The notes under the pieces were generated by a model, which was given only the letters and a program-made list of their open reading frames with translations, was not told where the DNA came from and did no database searches. 37,570 nucleotides of DNA from Deltaproteobacteria bacterium (GTDB taxonomy: Bacteria; SAR324; NAC60-12). The position numbers were made by a program, and so were the translations under genes. How positions within the stretch are numbered: the stretch's first letter is position 1; each line of letters opens with the position of its first letter. Shown here in pieces: positions 25,878 through 34,926 of the stretch. The stretch covers positions 1-37,570 of the forward strand of contig JAYOTF010000035.1 in assembly GCA_038150265.1 (NCBI GenBank), in the 5' to 3' direction.

Positions 25878-26252
25878 ATGCTCGAATCACTCTTTGTTCT
25901 GCTCGCCTTTCAGCTGATGGGCACCACGGTTGGCCTGGCGCTGAAGCTCCCCATCCCGGGCCCGGTGCTCGGTTTTGCCCTGCTGGCTTCCTGGATGCTG
26001 CTGAAGTTCCCCCTTCCGGAGGCCATGGGGACGACCGCGTCCACCCTGCTGCAGCACCTCTCGTTGCTGTTTGTGCCGGCCGCCACAGGAATGATCCAGC
26101 ACCTGGAGCGGTTGCTTGTGGAAGGCTGGGCCTTGCTGCTTTCAGTGGTTCTCAGCACCACGCTGGCCTTGATTGTGGGCGCCCTGACCTTTGTGCTCAT
26201 GGTCCGCTGGACGCGTGCCTACCCCACTTCCGAGGAGGTCCGCCATGACTGA
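25878..26252 (+). CDS. CidA/LrgA family membrane protein
   Basis: 124 aa. LPIPGPVLG, LLQHLSLLFVPAATG. Confidence 0.88.
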   Translation: MLESLFVLLAFQLMGTTVGLALKLPIPGPVLGFALLASWMLLKFPLPEAMGTTASTLLQHLSLLFVPAATGMIQHLERLLVEGWALLLSVVLSTTLALIVGALTFVLMVRWTRAYPTSEEVRHD

Positions 26253-26967
26253 AGTCAGCACCGATCCGGACATCTGGGTGTACCTCAGCACGCGCCCGCT
26301 CTTCTGGTTGGCCCTGACGCTTGCGGCGTACCTGGTGGGGCTGCGGCTGTTTCAGGCTTCCGGCAACCACCCTGTGGTCAATCCGGTGGCCATTGCGGCG
26401 TTGCTGCTGGGGTCGCTGCTCCTCGGCACCCACACCCCCTATGAGCGCTACTTTGAAGGCGCGCAGTTTGTGCACTTCCTCCTGGGTCCGGCCACGGTGG
26501 CGTTGGCGCTTCCACTCAGCACGCACTTTCAACGCATCCGGAAGGCTCTGGTTCCCATGGTCGTGGCGCTGTTTGCGGGCTCGGCAACAGCCGTTTTCAG
26601 CGCCATTGTCATCGCTCGGATGCTGGGCGCAACCGAAGAATCGGTCCGGTCCCTGATTCCAAAATCCGTCACCACGCCCATTGCCATGGGCATTGCCGAG
26701 AAAATCGGAGGCCTGCCCTCCCTCACCGCAGGGCTGGTGATTGCCACGGGCATCGTGGGAGCCATTGTGGTCACGCCTCTGCTCAACCGCCTGGGCTTCC
26801 GAGACTGGCGAGCCCGTGGATTTGCCCTCGGTGTGGCTTCTCATGGCATTGGCACCGCCCGTGCGTTTCAGGTTCATGAGGTAGCCGGCGTCTTTGCGGC
26901 GGTTGCCATGGCCCTGAATGGACTCGTCACAGCGGTCGCGGTGGCTCTGCTGGCCGGGTGGCTTTAG
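26245..26967 (+). CDS. LrgB/CidB family membrane protein
   Basis: GGAGG RBS. LLGPATVALALPL, PKSVTTPIAM, GVASHGIGTARA. Confidence 0.92.
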   Translation: MTEVSTDPDIWVYLSTRPLFWLALTLAAYLVGLRLFQASGNHPVVNPVAIAALLLGSLLLGTHTPYERYFEGAQFVHFLLGPATVALALPLSTHFQRIRKALVPMVVALFAGSATAVFSAIVIARMLGATEESVRSLIPKSVTTPIAMGIAEKIGGLPSLTAGLVIATGIVGAIVVTPLLNRLGFRDWRARGFALGVASHGIGTARAFQVHEVAGVFAAVAMALNGLVTAVAVALLAGWL

Positions 26968-26992
26968 CGTTTCCTCTTTCTGAAAGACCGAC

Positions 26993-28021
26993 ATGCGTGT
27001 TGTTTACAGTGAGTCTCACCTCCTTCATGTTCCGGAAACGGAGCTGCACCGCGGGGAAATTGTCCCGTGCTTTGAGAACCCCACGCGGGTGGAGTACATC
27101 CTCCAGCGCCTGCAGGAGGTGGGCTTCTCGGACGTTGTGGAGCCGCCAGCGTGTGACCGGACGTCCCTGCAGCAGGTGCATGCCCCGGACTACCTGGAGT
27201 TTCTGGAAACGGCGTGGGATCAGTGGCAGGCCGCGGGCCTGAAGGGGTCGGTGGTTCCGGGGAACATCCCGGCGCGACGCATGTCCACGCGGCGGCCGCG
27301 TTACATTGATGGACAGGTGGGCTACTACGCCCTTGCGAATGAGACGACCCTCACCTCCGGAACCTGGGCGGCTGCGCTCAGTTCCTGCGCATCGGCTCAG
27401 GAAGCCCAACGCCTCGTGGAACAAGGGGAGCGGGCGGCCTTCGCCCTGTGCCGTCCTCCCGGACACCATGCGGCCCTTGACCTGTTTGGGGGGTACTGCT
27501 TCCTCAACAATGCTGCGGTGGCGGCCCAGCAGTTCCGGAATGCCGGTGCCGAGCGGGTCGCGGTGCTCGACATTGACTTTCACCATGGCAATGGCACGCA
27601 GGACATCTTCTATGAGCGCGCCGACGTCCTGGTGGCGTCTCTGCATGGACAGCCCGAGGAGGCCTTCCCGTACTTCTCCGGATATGCCGATGAGCTGGGA
27701 AAGGGGCCGGGTTTGGGCACCACGGCCAACTTCCCGCTGCCGCGGGGAACCACGTTTGAGCGCTGGATGCATGCGCTGGAAGCAGCCCTGGAGCAGCTGG
27801 TCGCCTTTGGCCCAGAAGCCCTGGTGGTGTCACTTGGAGTGGACACCTTTCAGGAGGACCCGATCAGCTTCTTCCGGTTGGCGTCTGAGGACTACATCCG
27901 GTGTGGCGAGCGGCTGGGCCAGCTGAAGTGGCCCACGGTATTTGTGCTGGAAGGGGGCTATGCGGTGGACGCGATCGGCGTCAATGTCGTCAACGTCCTG
28001 CAGGGCTTTGAGGAAGCCTAA
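26993..28021 (+). CDS. acetylpolyamine amidohydrolase (histone deacetylase family)
   Basis: CRPPGHHA, GGYCFLNN, LDIDFHHGNGTQ, SLGVDTF..DP, LEGGY. Confidence 0.92.
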   Translation: MRVVYSESHLLHVPETELHRGEIVPCFENPTRVEYILQRLQEVGFSDVVEPPACDRTSLQQVHAPDYLEFLETAWDQWQAAGLKGSVVPGNIPARRMSTRRPRYIDGQVGYYALANETTLTSGTWAAALSSCASAQEAQRLVEQGERAAFALCRPPGHHAALDLFGGYCFLNNAAVAAQQFRNAGAERVAVLDIDFHHGNGTQDIFYERADVLVASLHGQPEEAFPYFSGYADELGKGPGLGTTANFPLPRGTTFERWMHALEAALEQLVAFGPEALVVSLGVDTFQEDPISFFRLASEDYIRCGERLGQLKWPTVFVLEGGYAVDAIGVNVVNVLQGFEEA

Positions 28022-28027
28022 AGGCCG

Positions 28028-28582
28028 TTATTCCCAGCTGGGGACCTCGTCCTTGGGAGGAAGGTTGAGTCCGGGAGGCAGCAGGCGCTGGATCTGTGTC
28101 GCCGAAGGAGCGGGGGCCGCATTGGGGTTCGGAGCCGCCGCAGGCGCGGCAGCCGGGTTGGGCTTCGGTTTGGGCGCCTTCGGCTGACTGGAGAGGGACT
28201 GGTAGCGGTTGTAATGTGCCTCTGCGAGGTCGCTCCGATACAGTTTGTGGTACACCAGTGCCATGTTATAATGCACATCCGGCTGCTGAGGATTTTGCGC
28301 CTCTGCCGTCTTGAAGGCCTCCAGGGCCTGTTGAAAGTCACCCAGCTGGTAGTAGGCCAGCCCCAGGTTGTAGTGAAAACTGGTGGTTGCGTCATCCAGC
28401 TCAATCGCCTTTTGGTAATTCCAGATGGCGGCTGAGTACTCATGCCGGTTGTACGACTGGTTGCCCTCATGGAAGAAGCTCAGCGCAGACCGGCGCTGCA
28501 GCTCCGCCTCATTGGAGGAGCAGGCTCCAAGGAACAGGAGGAGAATCCCCAGGATTTGAATCAGTTTGCTTACGCCTTGCAT
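28028..28582 (-). CDS. TPR-repeat lipoprotein
   Basis: Lipobox FLGA-C, about three TPR repeats (YQKAIELD, HYNLGLAY, HYNMALVY), Pro/Ala-rich tail. Confidence 0.85.
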   Translation of the reverse strand: MQGVSKLIQILGILLLFLGACSSNEAELQRRSALSFFHEGNQSYNRHEYSAAIWNYQKAIELDDATTSFHYNLGLAYYQLGDFQQALEAFKTAEAQNPQQPDVHYNMALVYHKLYRSDLAEAHYNRYQSLSSQPKAPKPKPNPAAAPAAAPNPNAAPAPSATQIQRLLPPGLNLPPKDEVPSWE

Positions 28583-28642
28583 GGCCTCAGAGGAAGAGTG
28601 AAGTCGTTATCAAGTAACCGAGTGACAATTTCGATAGAAGCC

Positions 28643-29101
28643 ATGCATTTTCCATACTCATTGCGACACCCCGCCCGGCATTGGGCTCCTGCGCTGCTGT
28701 TCCTGACGATGGGACTGGTGGCTGCACCCGCCTCCGGATGGGCTCAAACCGCCAACCAGGCTTACCAGGCCTACCTGGAAGAGAAGGAGCTGAAGGCGGA
28801 AAAGGAACGCCAGCAGTTCATTCAGGAACTTCAGCAGCTGGTGGACGCGGCGCAGAACTCCGGATTTACCGAAGAAGAAATCCGCGACATCTCCGTGGAC
28901 CGAGACGGCAAGACCATTCTGGTGTGGGAATTTCTGGAGCAGGAGAAGCTCCGGGCGGAACGGATGGCCAGCCAGCGCTTTGAGCCCAAGGACCGCTACC
29001 TGACCGTGACCGACATCACCGAGGAGCTGGAGATGCGGGAGCCTTCCCGCCTCGACAAGCTGCGCGAGGACACGACGTTCACCGGAGCCGAGCAGCAATG
29101 A
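28643..29101 (+). CDS. hypothetical exported protein
   Basis: 152 aa from ATG 28643. Signal peptide-like N-terminus (..ALLFLTMGLVAAPASGWA-Q). Stop overlaps the next ATG. Confidence 0.7.
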   Translation: MHFPYSLRHPARHWAPALLFLTMGLVAAPASGWAQTANQAYQAYLEEKELKAEKERQQFIQELQQLVDAAQNSGFTEEEIRDISVDRDGKTILVWEFLEQEKLRAERMASQRFEPKDRYLTVTDITEELEMREPSRLDKLREDTTFTGAEQQ

Positions 29102-29805
29102 GCCGCAGCTTCTGTCTGATGGGACCCGGGTCCGGATGCGGCAAGACCTGGGTCCTGCTCGGACTCCTCCGCTGGTTTCAGCAGCAGCAGCGCTCGGCAG
29201 GCGCCTTCAAGCCGCTCGACGTGGGAGCCGTTGCCGCTCAGGCGGCCGACCAGCCAACTGATGGCGAACGCTTTCAGGCACTGGGGCTTCCGGAGCACAT
29301 TTCTCTGCTGAACCCCTTCCTCTTTCAGGAATCCTTCCCTGTTGCCCTGGCGGCCAGGCGAGATGGCATTCGTCTGGATCTCCAGGTGGTCCAGCAGCGC
29401 TGGCAGTTGCTGGGCACCCGGTATGAGCGCCTCCTGGTGGAAGGCCCCCGGAGCCTCCGGACCCCGCTGACGGAAACGCACTCGTGGCTGACGCTTTTGC
29501 AAGAGCAGCAACCGCTGGTGCTCTGGGTGATGCCGTTTGGCGAGCCCGAGCTGGAGCTGAGCCTCTTGCAGATCGAGGCCCTTCAGGCGGCGGGGCTGTC
29601 TGTGCGGATTGTGCTCAACAACCGAGATTTTTTGCGAGACGGCTGGCAATTGCAGCATTACTGGCTCACGCTGGAAGAAGCGCTGGGGCAGGAAGTCCAG
29701 GGACTGTTGCCGCACCTGGCTTCAGGACAGGAGCATCCGGATGCCATTGCAGAGGCGCTGGAGGAGCACCTGAGCGCTGAACTCAAGGAAGAACTGCTCG
29801 CATGA
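29098..29805 (+). CDS. dethiobiotin synthase-like P-loop protein (divergent)
   Basis: GPGSGCGKT, AFKP, TDGE, NPFLF...P.ALAA, LLVEG, IVLN: BioD-like layout with altered motifs. Confidence 0.7.
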   Translation: MSRSFCLMGPGSGCGKTWVLLGLLRWFQQQQRSAGAFKPLDVGAVAAQAADQPTDGERFQALGLPEHISLLNPFLFQESFPVALAARRDGIRLDLQVVQQRWQLLGTRYERLLVEGPRSLRTPLTETHSWLTLLQEQQPLVLWVMPFGEPELELSLLQIEALQAAGLSVRIVLNNRDFLRDGWQLQHYWLTLEEALGQEVQGLLPHLASGQEHPDAIAEALEEHLSAELKEELLA

Positions 29806-30425
29806 TCGACGCCCGGACCCCTCCTCCTGATCCCCGCATCATTGCCATTGCAGGAGGATCAGGATGCGGGAAGACCCTGTTCACCCAACTGCTGGCCCAG
29901 CGGCTTCCGAAGGCCGTCGTCCTCCCCCTGGATGCCTACTACCTCGACAAGCCCGAGCACGTCCCGGCCGAGCAGTACAACTTCGACGTTCCCGGAGCCT
30001 TCGACTTCAAGCTCTACCACCAGCACATCACGGAGCTGCGGTCCGGACGGGCCATCCGCATGCCGCACTATGGCTGGGTGGAGGGCAAACGCACCCGTGA
30101 GACCACGCGGGTGAATCCCGGAAGCTACCTCCTGCTCGAAGGCATGTACGTCCTCATGCCGCCGAGTTTGCGCTCTCAGCTGTCTTATTCCTTCTTTCTG
30201 GAAAGCCCTCCGGACATCTCGCTCGGACGACGCGTGCTCCGGGACATCCGAGAGCATGACGTCACCGCCGAGTACAGCGTCAATCAGTACCTGACCTTTG
30301 TCCGTCCAGCTTACCTTCAACACATCCTCCCGACCAAGCAGTTTGCGCACTATGTGGTGGCCAATGACCTGCACAGCCGGTTGGATCGATTCCTTGATGA
30401 CTTTCTCAGCAAATACAGGCTATAG
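29802..30425 (+). CDS. udk: uridine kinase family protein
   Basis: IAIAGGSGCGKT, DAYY, YNFDVPGAFD, LLEG, RRVLRDI, QYLTFVRP...ILPTKQFA. Confidence 0.88.
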   Translation: MIDARTPPPDPRIIAIAGGSGCGKTLFTQLLAQRLPKAVVLPLDAYYLDKPEHVPAEQYNFDVPGAFDFKLYHQHITELRSGRAIRMPHYGWVEGKRTRETTRVNPGSYLLLEGMYVLMPPSLRSQLSYSFFLESPPDISLGRRVLRDIREHDVTAEYSVNQYLTFVRPAYLQHILPTKQFAHYVVANDLHSRLDRFLDDFLSKYRL

Positions 30426-30427
30426 CC

Positions 30428-30853
30428 ATGAGCATGAACATGCGGTACCTCATGATCTTCCTCTTCACGACCATCGTGCTGTGGGGGTTCAGCTTCTGGT
30501 ACGTGGGACAGCTCCCGAACACCAATGCCATTGTGGAACACAATGTCACCGACAAGAGTGAAGAGAGCCTGGCCGTCAACCTGCCGCCTCAGAACTTTTA
30601 TGAGCGGTGCCGTCAGCTCAACCGGCTGGAAGTGATCAACTACAACTTCACCTCCAGTGTTCCGGTGCAGTTCAACATCCACTACCACGAAGGGGGAGAG
30701 GACTACTACCCGGCGGAAAAGCCCGATGCCCTCTCCGGTCAGGGCTCCTATGAGCCACCTGCGGCACGCATCTACTGCCTGATGTGGGGAAACAACGGCG
30801 ATGCTCCCAGTCGCCTGGAATACACCTTCCGCGTCACCCCCAAGGCGCCCTGA
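30428..30853 (+). CDS. hypothetical membrane-anchored protein, beta-sandwich (GOLD-like) domain possible
   Basis: N-terminal TM helix; VQFNIHYHEG and IYCLMWGN motifs. The fold call is inference. Confidence 0.7.
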   Translation: MSMNMRYLMIFLFTTIVLWGFSFWYVGQLPNTNAIVEHNVTDKSEESLAVNLPPQNFYERCRQLNRLEVINYNFTSSVPVQFNIHYHEGGEDYYPAEKPDALSGQGSYEPPAARIYCLMWGNNGDAPSRLEYTFRVTPKAP

Positions 30854-30859
30854 AGCTCA

Positions 30860-30888
30860 TTGAAACTTGGGGCAAAACCCGATACGGT
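30860..30888 (+). promoter_or_regulatory. sigma70-type promoter for tRNA-Leu
   Basis: TTGAAA (30860-30865), 17-nt spacer, TACGGT (30883-30888), 21 nt before the tRNA. Confidence 0.6.
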
Positions 30889-30909
30889 AACGGGCTCGGT
30901 GTTGCTTGT

Positions 30910-30994
<85 letters not shown>

Positions 30995-31210
30995 AAGCCC
31001 TTCCCCGTCAGCGTCCTGCCGTTTTCCTCGTCCCCTTCCCCTGCTGCGTGGAAGGCCCTCGGCTTTCCTGCCCCTGAAATCCATTGAGGCCACCATCCTG
31101 CTCTGGGCCTCCATGCGACCTTTTCCTTGATTGCCGCCCCGGACTCTTCGTACACTAGCGGGCTCAAACGTTCCCCTCCGGAACAGTCAACCGGTTCAGA
31201 TCCGTCACCC

Positions 31211-32023
31211 ATGCCACTGATTTCTGACAAAAACAGCCGCCTGAGGCTCCCCTTCCGCAGGTACCAGACGCGGGCCCTGAAAGTCCTGCTGGGGGTGGCC
31301 CTGCTGGGGGTCACAGCGCCACCAGTGCCGGCTCAGCAGTCGTGGTTGGAGATCACAGATGCCATCTTCCAGGACTGCCTCTCGCAGTGGGGTCGAGACT
31401 TTGAGAAGGTGGTGGCGTGCAAGCGCAACCGGGAGCGCTCCTACGTCAAGCTCCATGGTGGCCCAGCGTCTTTTTCAACCGTGGACAATTCGGAGCCTGA
31501 ATACGCGTACCTCGAGGAGATCCTCAAGTGCAAGCAGCAGTACGTCTACGACGAAGCACAGGTGCTCGCCTTCGAAATGGGCTTCCGGAGCATCGTGCTG
31601 CGCAAGGACGCCCCGCAGCAGGACCTGAAGGATGAGGTGGACGAAACCCTGAAGGTGGGCTTGATGATCGGGGTGGAATCTCGGGAGTATCAGGAAGCCG
31701 AAGGCAAGCAGGCGGCGTATCAGATCATCTTTGAAGACAGCCCCGTGGAGCGTGACTTCCGCATCCACACCCTCTGTGGACGCACCTCCCTCACCGACAT
31801 CCCGGTGGCAGAAGGCACCCTCCACATCGCCTACCTCAAGAAAGACGCCCAGGCCATTTTGTCTCAGAAGGCGCTCATTGCCGAGCAGGTGGATTTCCGG
31901 AAGCGTCCGGCACAGGGGCCCACCGATGAGCTGGAAGAAGCCGATCGCGTGTGGGTCCGTCAGACCGAGCAGGCCATCCGGGACGCCCTCGGCATCCCCT
32001 ACCTGCGCATCTTCATCAACTGA
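31211..32023 (+). CDS. hypothetical exported protein
   Basis: 270 aa from ATG 31211 (start uncertain). Basic N-region then VLLGVALLGVTAPPVPA-Q signal peptide; four Cys; strong GC3 bias. Confidence 0.7.
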   Translation: MPLISDKNSRLRLPFRRYQTRALKVLLGVALLGVTAPPVPAQQSWLEITDAIFQDCLSQWGRDFEKVVACKRNRERSYVKLHGGPASFSTVDNSEPEYAYLEEILKCKQQYVYDEAQVLAFEMGFRSIVLRKDAPQQDLKDEVDETLKVGLMIGVESREYQEAEGKQAAYQIIFEDSPVERDFRIHTLCGRTSLTDIPVAEGTLHIAYLKKDAQAILSQKALIAEQVDFRKRPAQGPTDELEEADRVWVRQTEQAIRDALGIPYLRIFIN

Positions 32024-32125
32024 CCTCCGCCAGACGACTCTTCGCTGAAGCGAGCCAAGCGTTCCCGGCAAGGAGCGGTTGTTGCTGCGGAAATGGACGG
32101 GGAAGGAGAGGAACTTGGGAAGGAC

Positions 32126-32202
32126 TGGCGCGCCTGGAGTGATTCGAACACCCGACCCTTGGGATCGAAACCCAATGCTCTATCCAGCTGAGCTACAGGC
32201 GC
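32126..32202 (-). tRNA. tRNA-Arg (anticodon UCG)
   Basis: Minus strand GCGCCTGTAGCTCAGCTGGATAGAGCA-TTGGG-TTTCGAT-CCCAA-GGGTC-GGGTG-TTCGAAT-CACTC-CAGGCGC-GCCA, 77 nt. Confidence 0.96.
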
Positions 32203-32236
32203 GTGAGGCATGTGAAGGAAATCACATTAGCCCGTA

Positions 32237-32269
32237 AGTATTGATGAGCTTGAGCGACAGTTCAAGCTC
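32237..32269 (-). promoter_or_regulatory. candidate tRNA-Arg promoter overlapped by an 8-bp inverted repeat
   Basis: Minus strand TTGAAC-N17-AATACT. Plus strand GAGCTTGA-N8-TCAAGCTC at 32246-32269. Confidence 0.45.
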
Positions 32270-32422
32270 TTTTCCACAAAACGCTCGGCGGCCCGTCCCC
32301 CTCCGGAAAGCAAGCCCTGCCGGCCCATCAGGCTTGACGCTGCAGGCGGTTTCCGGAACGCTACTGGGACGCGAAACCGAATTTTCCGGGCTCTGGCCCT
32401 TTCCCCTCTGCACCGAAGGCAC

Positions 32423-32950
32423 ATGGACCTTGAAGCGCTGATCCGAACCATTCCCGACTACCCCAAGCCCGGCATCCTCTTCCGGGACATCACCACCTTG
32501 CTCCAGCACCCGGAAGGCTTCCGGCGCGCGGTGGACCAACTCGTTCAGCCGTTTGCCGGATCAGGAGTGAACCAGGTTGCCGGCATTGAGGCCCGGGGGT
32601 TCATCCTCGGCGGCGCCGTCGCTCACCAGCTTTCCACCGGGTTTGTTGCCATCCGCAAGAAGGGCAAGCTGCCGTGGCAAACACGGTCCGTTCAGTATCA
32701 GCTCGAGTACGGCACCGACGAGGTGGAGATCCACATCGACAGCTTCCGGGCCGGAGACAAGGTGCTGCTGATTGATGACCTGATTGCCACCGGAGGCACC
32801 GCCTGTGCGGCGGTGAAGCTGATCCGCGAGGCCGGAGGCGAGGTCGTCGGCGCCAGTTTTGTCATCGACCTTCCGGAGTTGGGAGGGCGGCAACAGCTCG
32901 AAGCCATGGGCGTTCAGGTCCGGACCCTGATCGACTTCCCCGGACACTGA
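32423..32950 (+). CDS. apt: adenine phosphoribosyltransferase
   Basis: [47 protein letters not shown]. Confidence 0.97.
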   Translation: MDLEALIRTIPDYPKPGILFRDITTLLQHPEGFRRAVDQLVQPFAGSGVNQVAGIEARGFILGGAVAHQLSTGFVAIRKKGKLPWQTRSVQYQLEYGTDEVEIHIDSFRAGDKVLLIDDLIATGGTACAAVKLIREAGGEVVGASFVIDLPELGGRQQLEAMGVQVRTLIDFPGH

Positions 32951-32952
32951 AC

Positions 32953-33804
32953 TCACTCCGCAAAGATCGGGCGATCCCAGTGGGCGCGGCCCCACGCCTG
33001 AATGGCACGATAGAGGTCGGTGTCCTGCAAAAACCGCAGCTCAAAACTCGTCCGGAGCATCGCCTCAATCGCATCCTGTGACGTGGGCGACGAAAAGGCC
33101 CGGAGCTTCGGCTGCCCATTCAGCAGCACGCTGAGCAAGCGCGTCAGGTCATGCCCCCGGACGACCCGCCAGGGGTCGTGTCCTTCCCGGCGCAACCCCT
33201 TGAGGTCCTTCCGGAGTTGGGAAAACGGCGGCAAGCGAGGCGGGTTCAGCTTCTGCAGGGTGTGGTAAAGCTGCCGCAGGTCGATCTCCAGCTCTTCGGG
33301 GGTCACAAAGCGAGAGAAGTCCACATGCTGCATGGGGAGGTTGTAGCGAAACCGCTGGCTGGCCATCCGGACGTATCCCAGCGTCTGCCCGGCATCCAGC
33401 AGCAGCCCCCGCAGGGTGTCCTGACGCTGCGGCTCCAGGAAGCGCTCCAGCTTGCGCTGGTCAAAGAAGTGCCGGAGGAATTTCTCAAACGCGGGCGAGC
33501 GGATGATCAGGGTTTCATGATCATGCGTGTCCGTCACAAAGACCGGAAGCCCCTCCGGAATCTGCTCTCCAAAATCCGCATCCACAATCCCGATCACATC
33601 CGGACGGTCCTCCAGCAGCAGCAGGGCCTCAAAGACGTTGTACTTTCCTCCTGCCGGAATGAAACGGGTCCAGTCGGCACTGAAGAAGCTCTGGTAAAAC
33701 CGGTCGTCTGACAGCCCTTCCACCAGAATGAAGAGCCCCTCAAAGCGCCGGCTCATCATCCGGACGACGTTGGCAGCGTCGGTGTGTCGTAGCGCGCTCC
33801 GCAC
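32953..33804 (-). CDS. DUF4435 / TOPRIM-like putative nuclease (AriB-like)
   Basis: ILVEGLSD (TOPRIM Glu), GGKYNV, GIVDADF (DxD), TDTHDHET, RGHDL. The GTG start abuts the ATPase stop; later ATG starts are possible. Confidence 0.8.
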   Translation of the reverse strand: MRSALRHTDAANVVRMMSRRFEGLFILVEGLSDDRFYQSFFSADWTRFIPAGGKYNVFEALLLLEDRPDVIGIVDADFGEQIPEGLPVFVTDTHDHETLIIRSPAFEKFLRHFFDQRKLERFLEPQRQDTLRGLLLDAGQTLGYVRMASQRFRYNLPMQHVDFSRFVTPEELEIDLRQLYHTLQKLNPPRLPPFSQLRKDLKGLRREGHDPWRVVRGHDLTRLLSVLLNGQPKLRAFSSPTSQDAIEAMLRTSFELRFLQDTDLYRAIQAWGRAHWDRPIFAE

Positions 33805-34926
33805 TCAGACCGTAATTTCCAGGGTGCGGTCCCAGTGGTTCCCCACGATCTGTGGAGAATGGGTCGCAATGAGAAACTGCCCACCCGTCAGCTCTGCCAG
33901 CCGCAGGAGGTCATCCATGAAGGAGTACTGCCACTCCACGTGCCACGAAAGCTCCGGCTCATCCAGCAGCACCAGCGTCTGGGGAGTCGTCTCAAAGAGA
34001 AGGCGGTGCAGGAGCACAATGAGGTGCTGCTCTCCAGAAGAGAGGCGGTCGAGCGGAAGCAGCTGCCCCGACGCCAGCAGCACGGCGTACCCGAGGCGCC
34101 GGTCAATGCGGACCTGCTTGAGCCGGAGGCGCCGGTGCAGCAGGCGCAGCAGCTGCCGAATCTGGTCCCGGAGCGTCTGGAGGCTTTCGAGCTTGGCCAA
34201 CTGCTGCTCGACATAGACCAGCACCAGCGGCCGCTGCTCCGGAGGCAGCCGAGGCAGCTCCGGAGGCAGGTCCATCGGATCAATCAACCCCAGCCGCGCC
34301 AGCTCCTCCAGCAGGTCCCGCAGTTCATCCAGCCGTTGCTGCAGCCGCTCGGGATCCACCTCTTCCGGAAGCGCATCCAGGGTACTCAGGAAGCGGAAGT
34401 CCTGTGCCAGGCTCTCATTGAGCAGCTGGTCCAGAATGGCGGTCAAGCGCTGGCGCATCTCCGTGGCACACTGCTGCACTGCGCTTCCCGGCGGACCGCT
34501 GAGGCGGTTGCTTCCCAGGAGCAAAACGGGATGCTGCTCGCAGAACTGGTTCAGCCACCCGGCTTCCGGAAGGGGGCCTTCGGAGTCTGTGTGACTCCAG
34601 AGCGGCCCCAGGGGCAGCTCCAGCTCCCGGACTTCCTCCCCCTGCGTGAGGGTCAGCGCCAGGGTTCCCTCCAGGGGTTTGGACCGGACCGGAATCCGGC
34701 GCTCCACGCGCAACTCAGCCTCCTCCCACTGCAGAGTCAGGCGGTCAAAGGGCAAGCGAGCCAGACCCGGCCAGTTCTGGTTCAATGTGAAGGAGATGGA
34801 CTCCAGCAGAGTGGACTTGCCCACCCCGTTTTCGCCGTGAAGCAGCAGCACCGGCTCTTCAGCATGGAGGGCTAACTCATGAGTGTGGGCCTCAAAGAGG
34901 CCTTCGATGTAGATTCGTTGCAGCAT
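33805..34926 (-). CDS. ABC-type ATPase with coiled-coil insert (AAA_21-like, AriA-like)
   Basis: IYIEGLF, Walker A HGENGVGKST, signature LSSGEQH, Walker B LLDEPELSWH, H-loop IATHSP. Confidence 0.88.
   Translation of the reverse strand: MLQRIYIEGLFEAHTHELALHAEEPVLLLHGENGVGKSTLLESISFTLNQNWPGLARLPFDRLTLQWEEAELRVERRIPVRSKPLEGTLALTLTQGEEVRELELPLGPLWSHTDSEGPLPEAGWLNQFCEQHPVLLLGSNRLSGPPGSAVQQCATEMRQRLTAILDQLLNESLAQDFRFLSTLDALPEEVDPERLQQRLDELRDLLEELARLGLIDPMDLPPELPRLPPEQRPLVLVYVEQQLAKLESLQTLRDQIRQLLRLLHRRLRLKQVRIDRRLGYAVLLASGQLLPLDRLSSGEQHLIVLLHRLLFETTPQTLVLLDEPELSWHVEWQYSFMDDLLRLAELTGGQFLIATHSPQIVGNHWDRTLEITV

Noticed and set aside
25878..26967. Phage holin/antiholin lysis cassette
   Set aside because: CidA/LrgB pairs are common chromosomal genes, and no endolysin or phage genes are adjacent.
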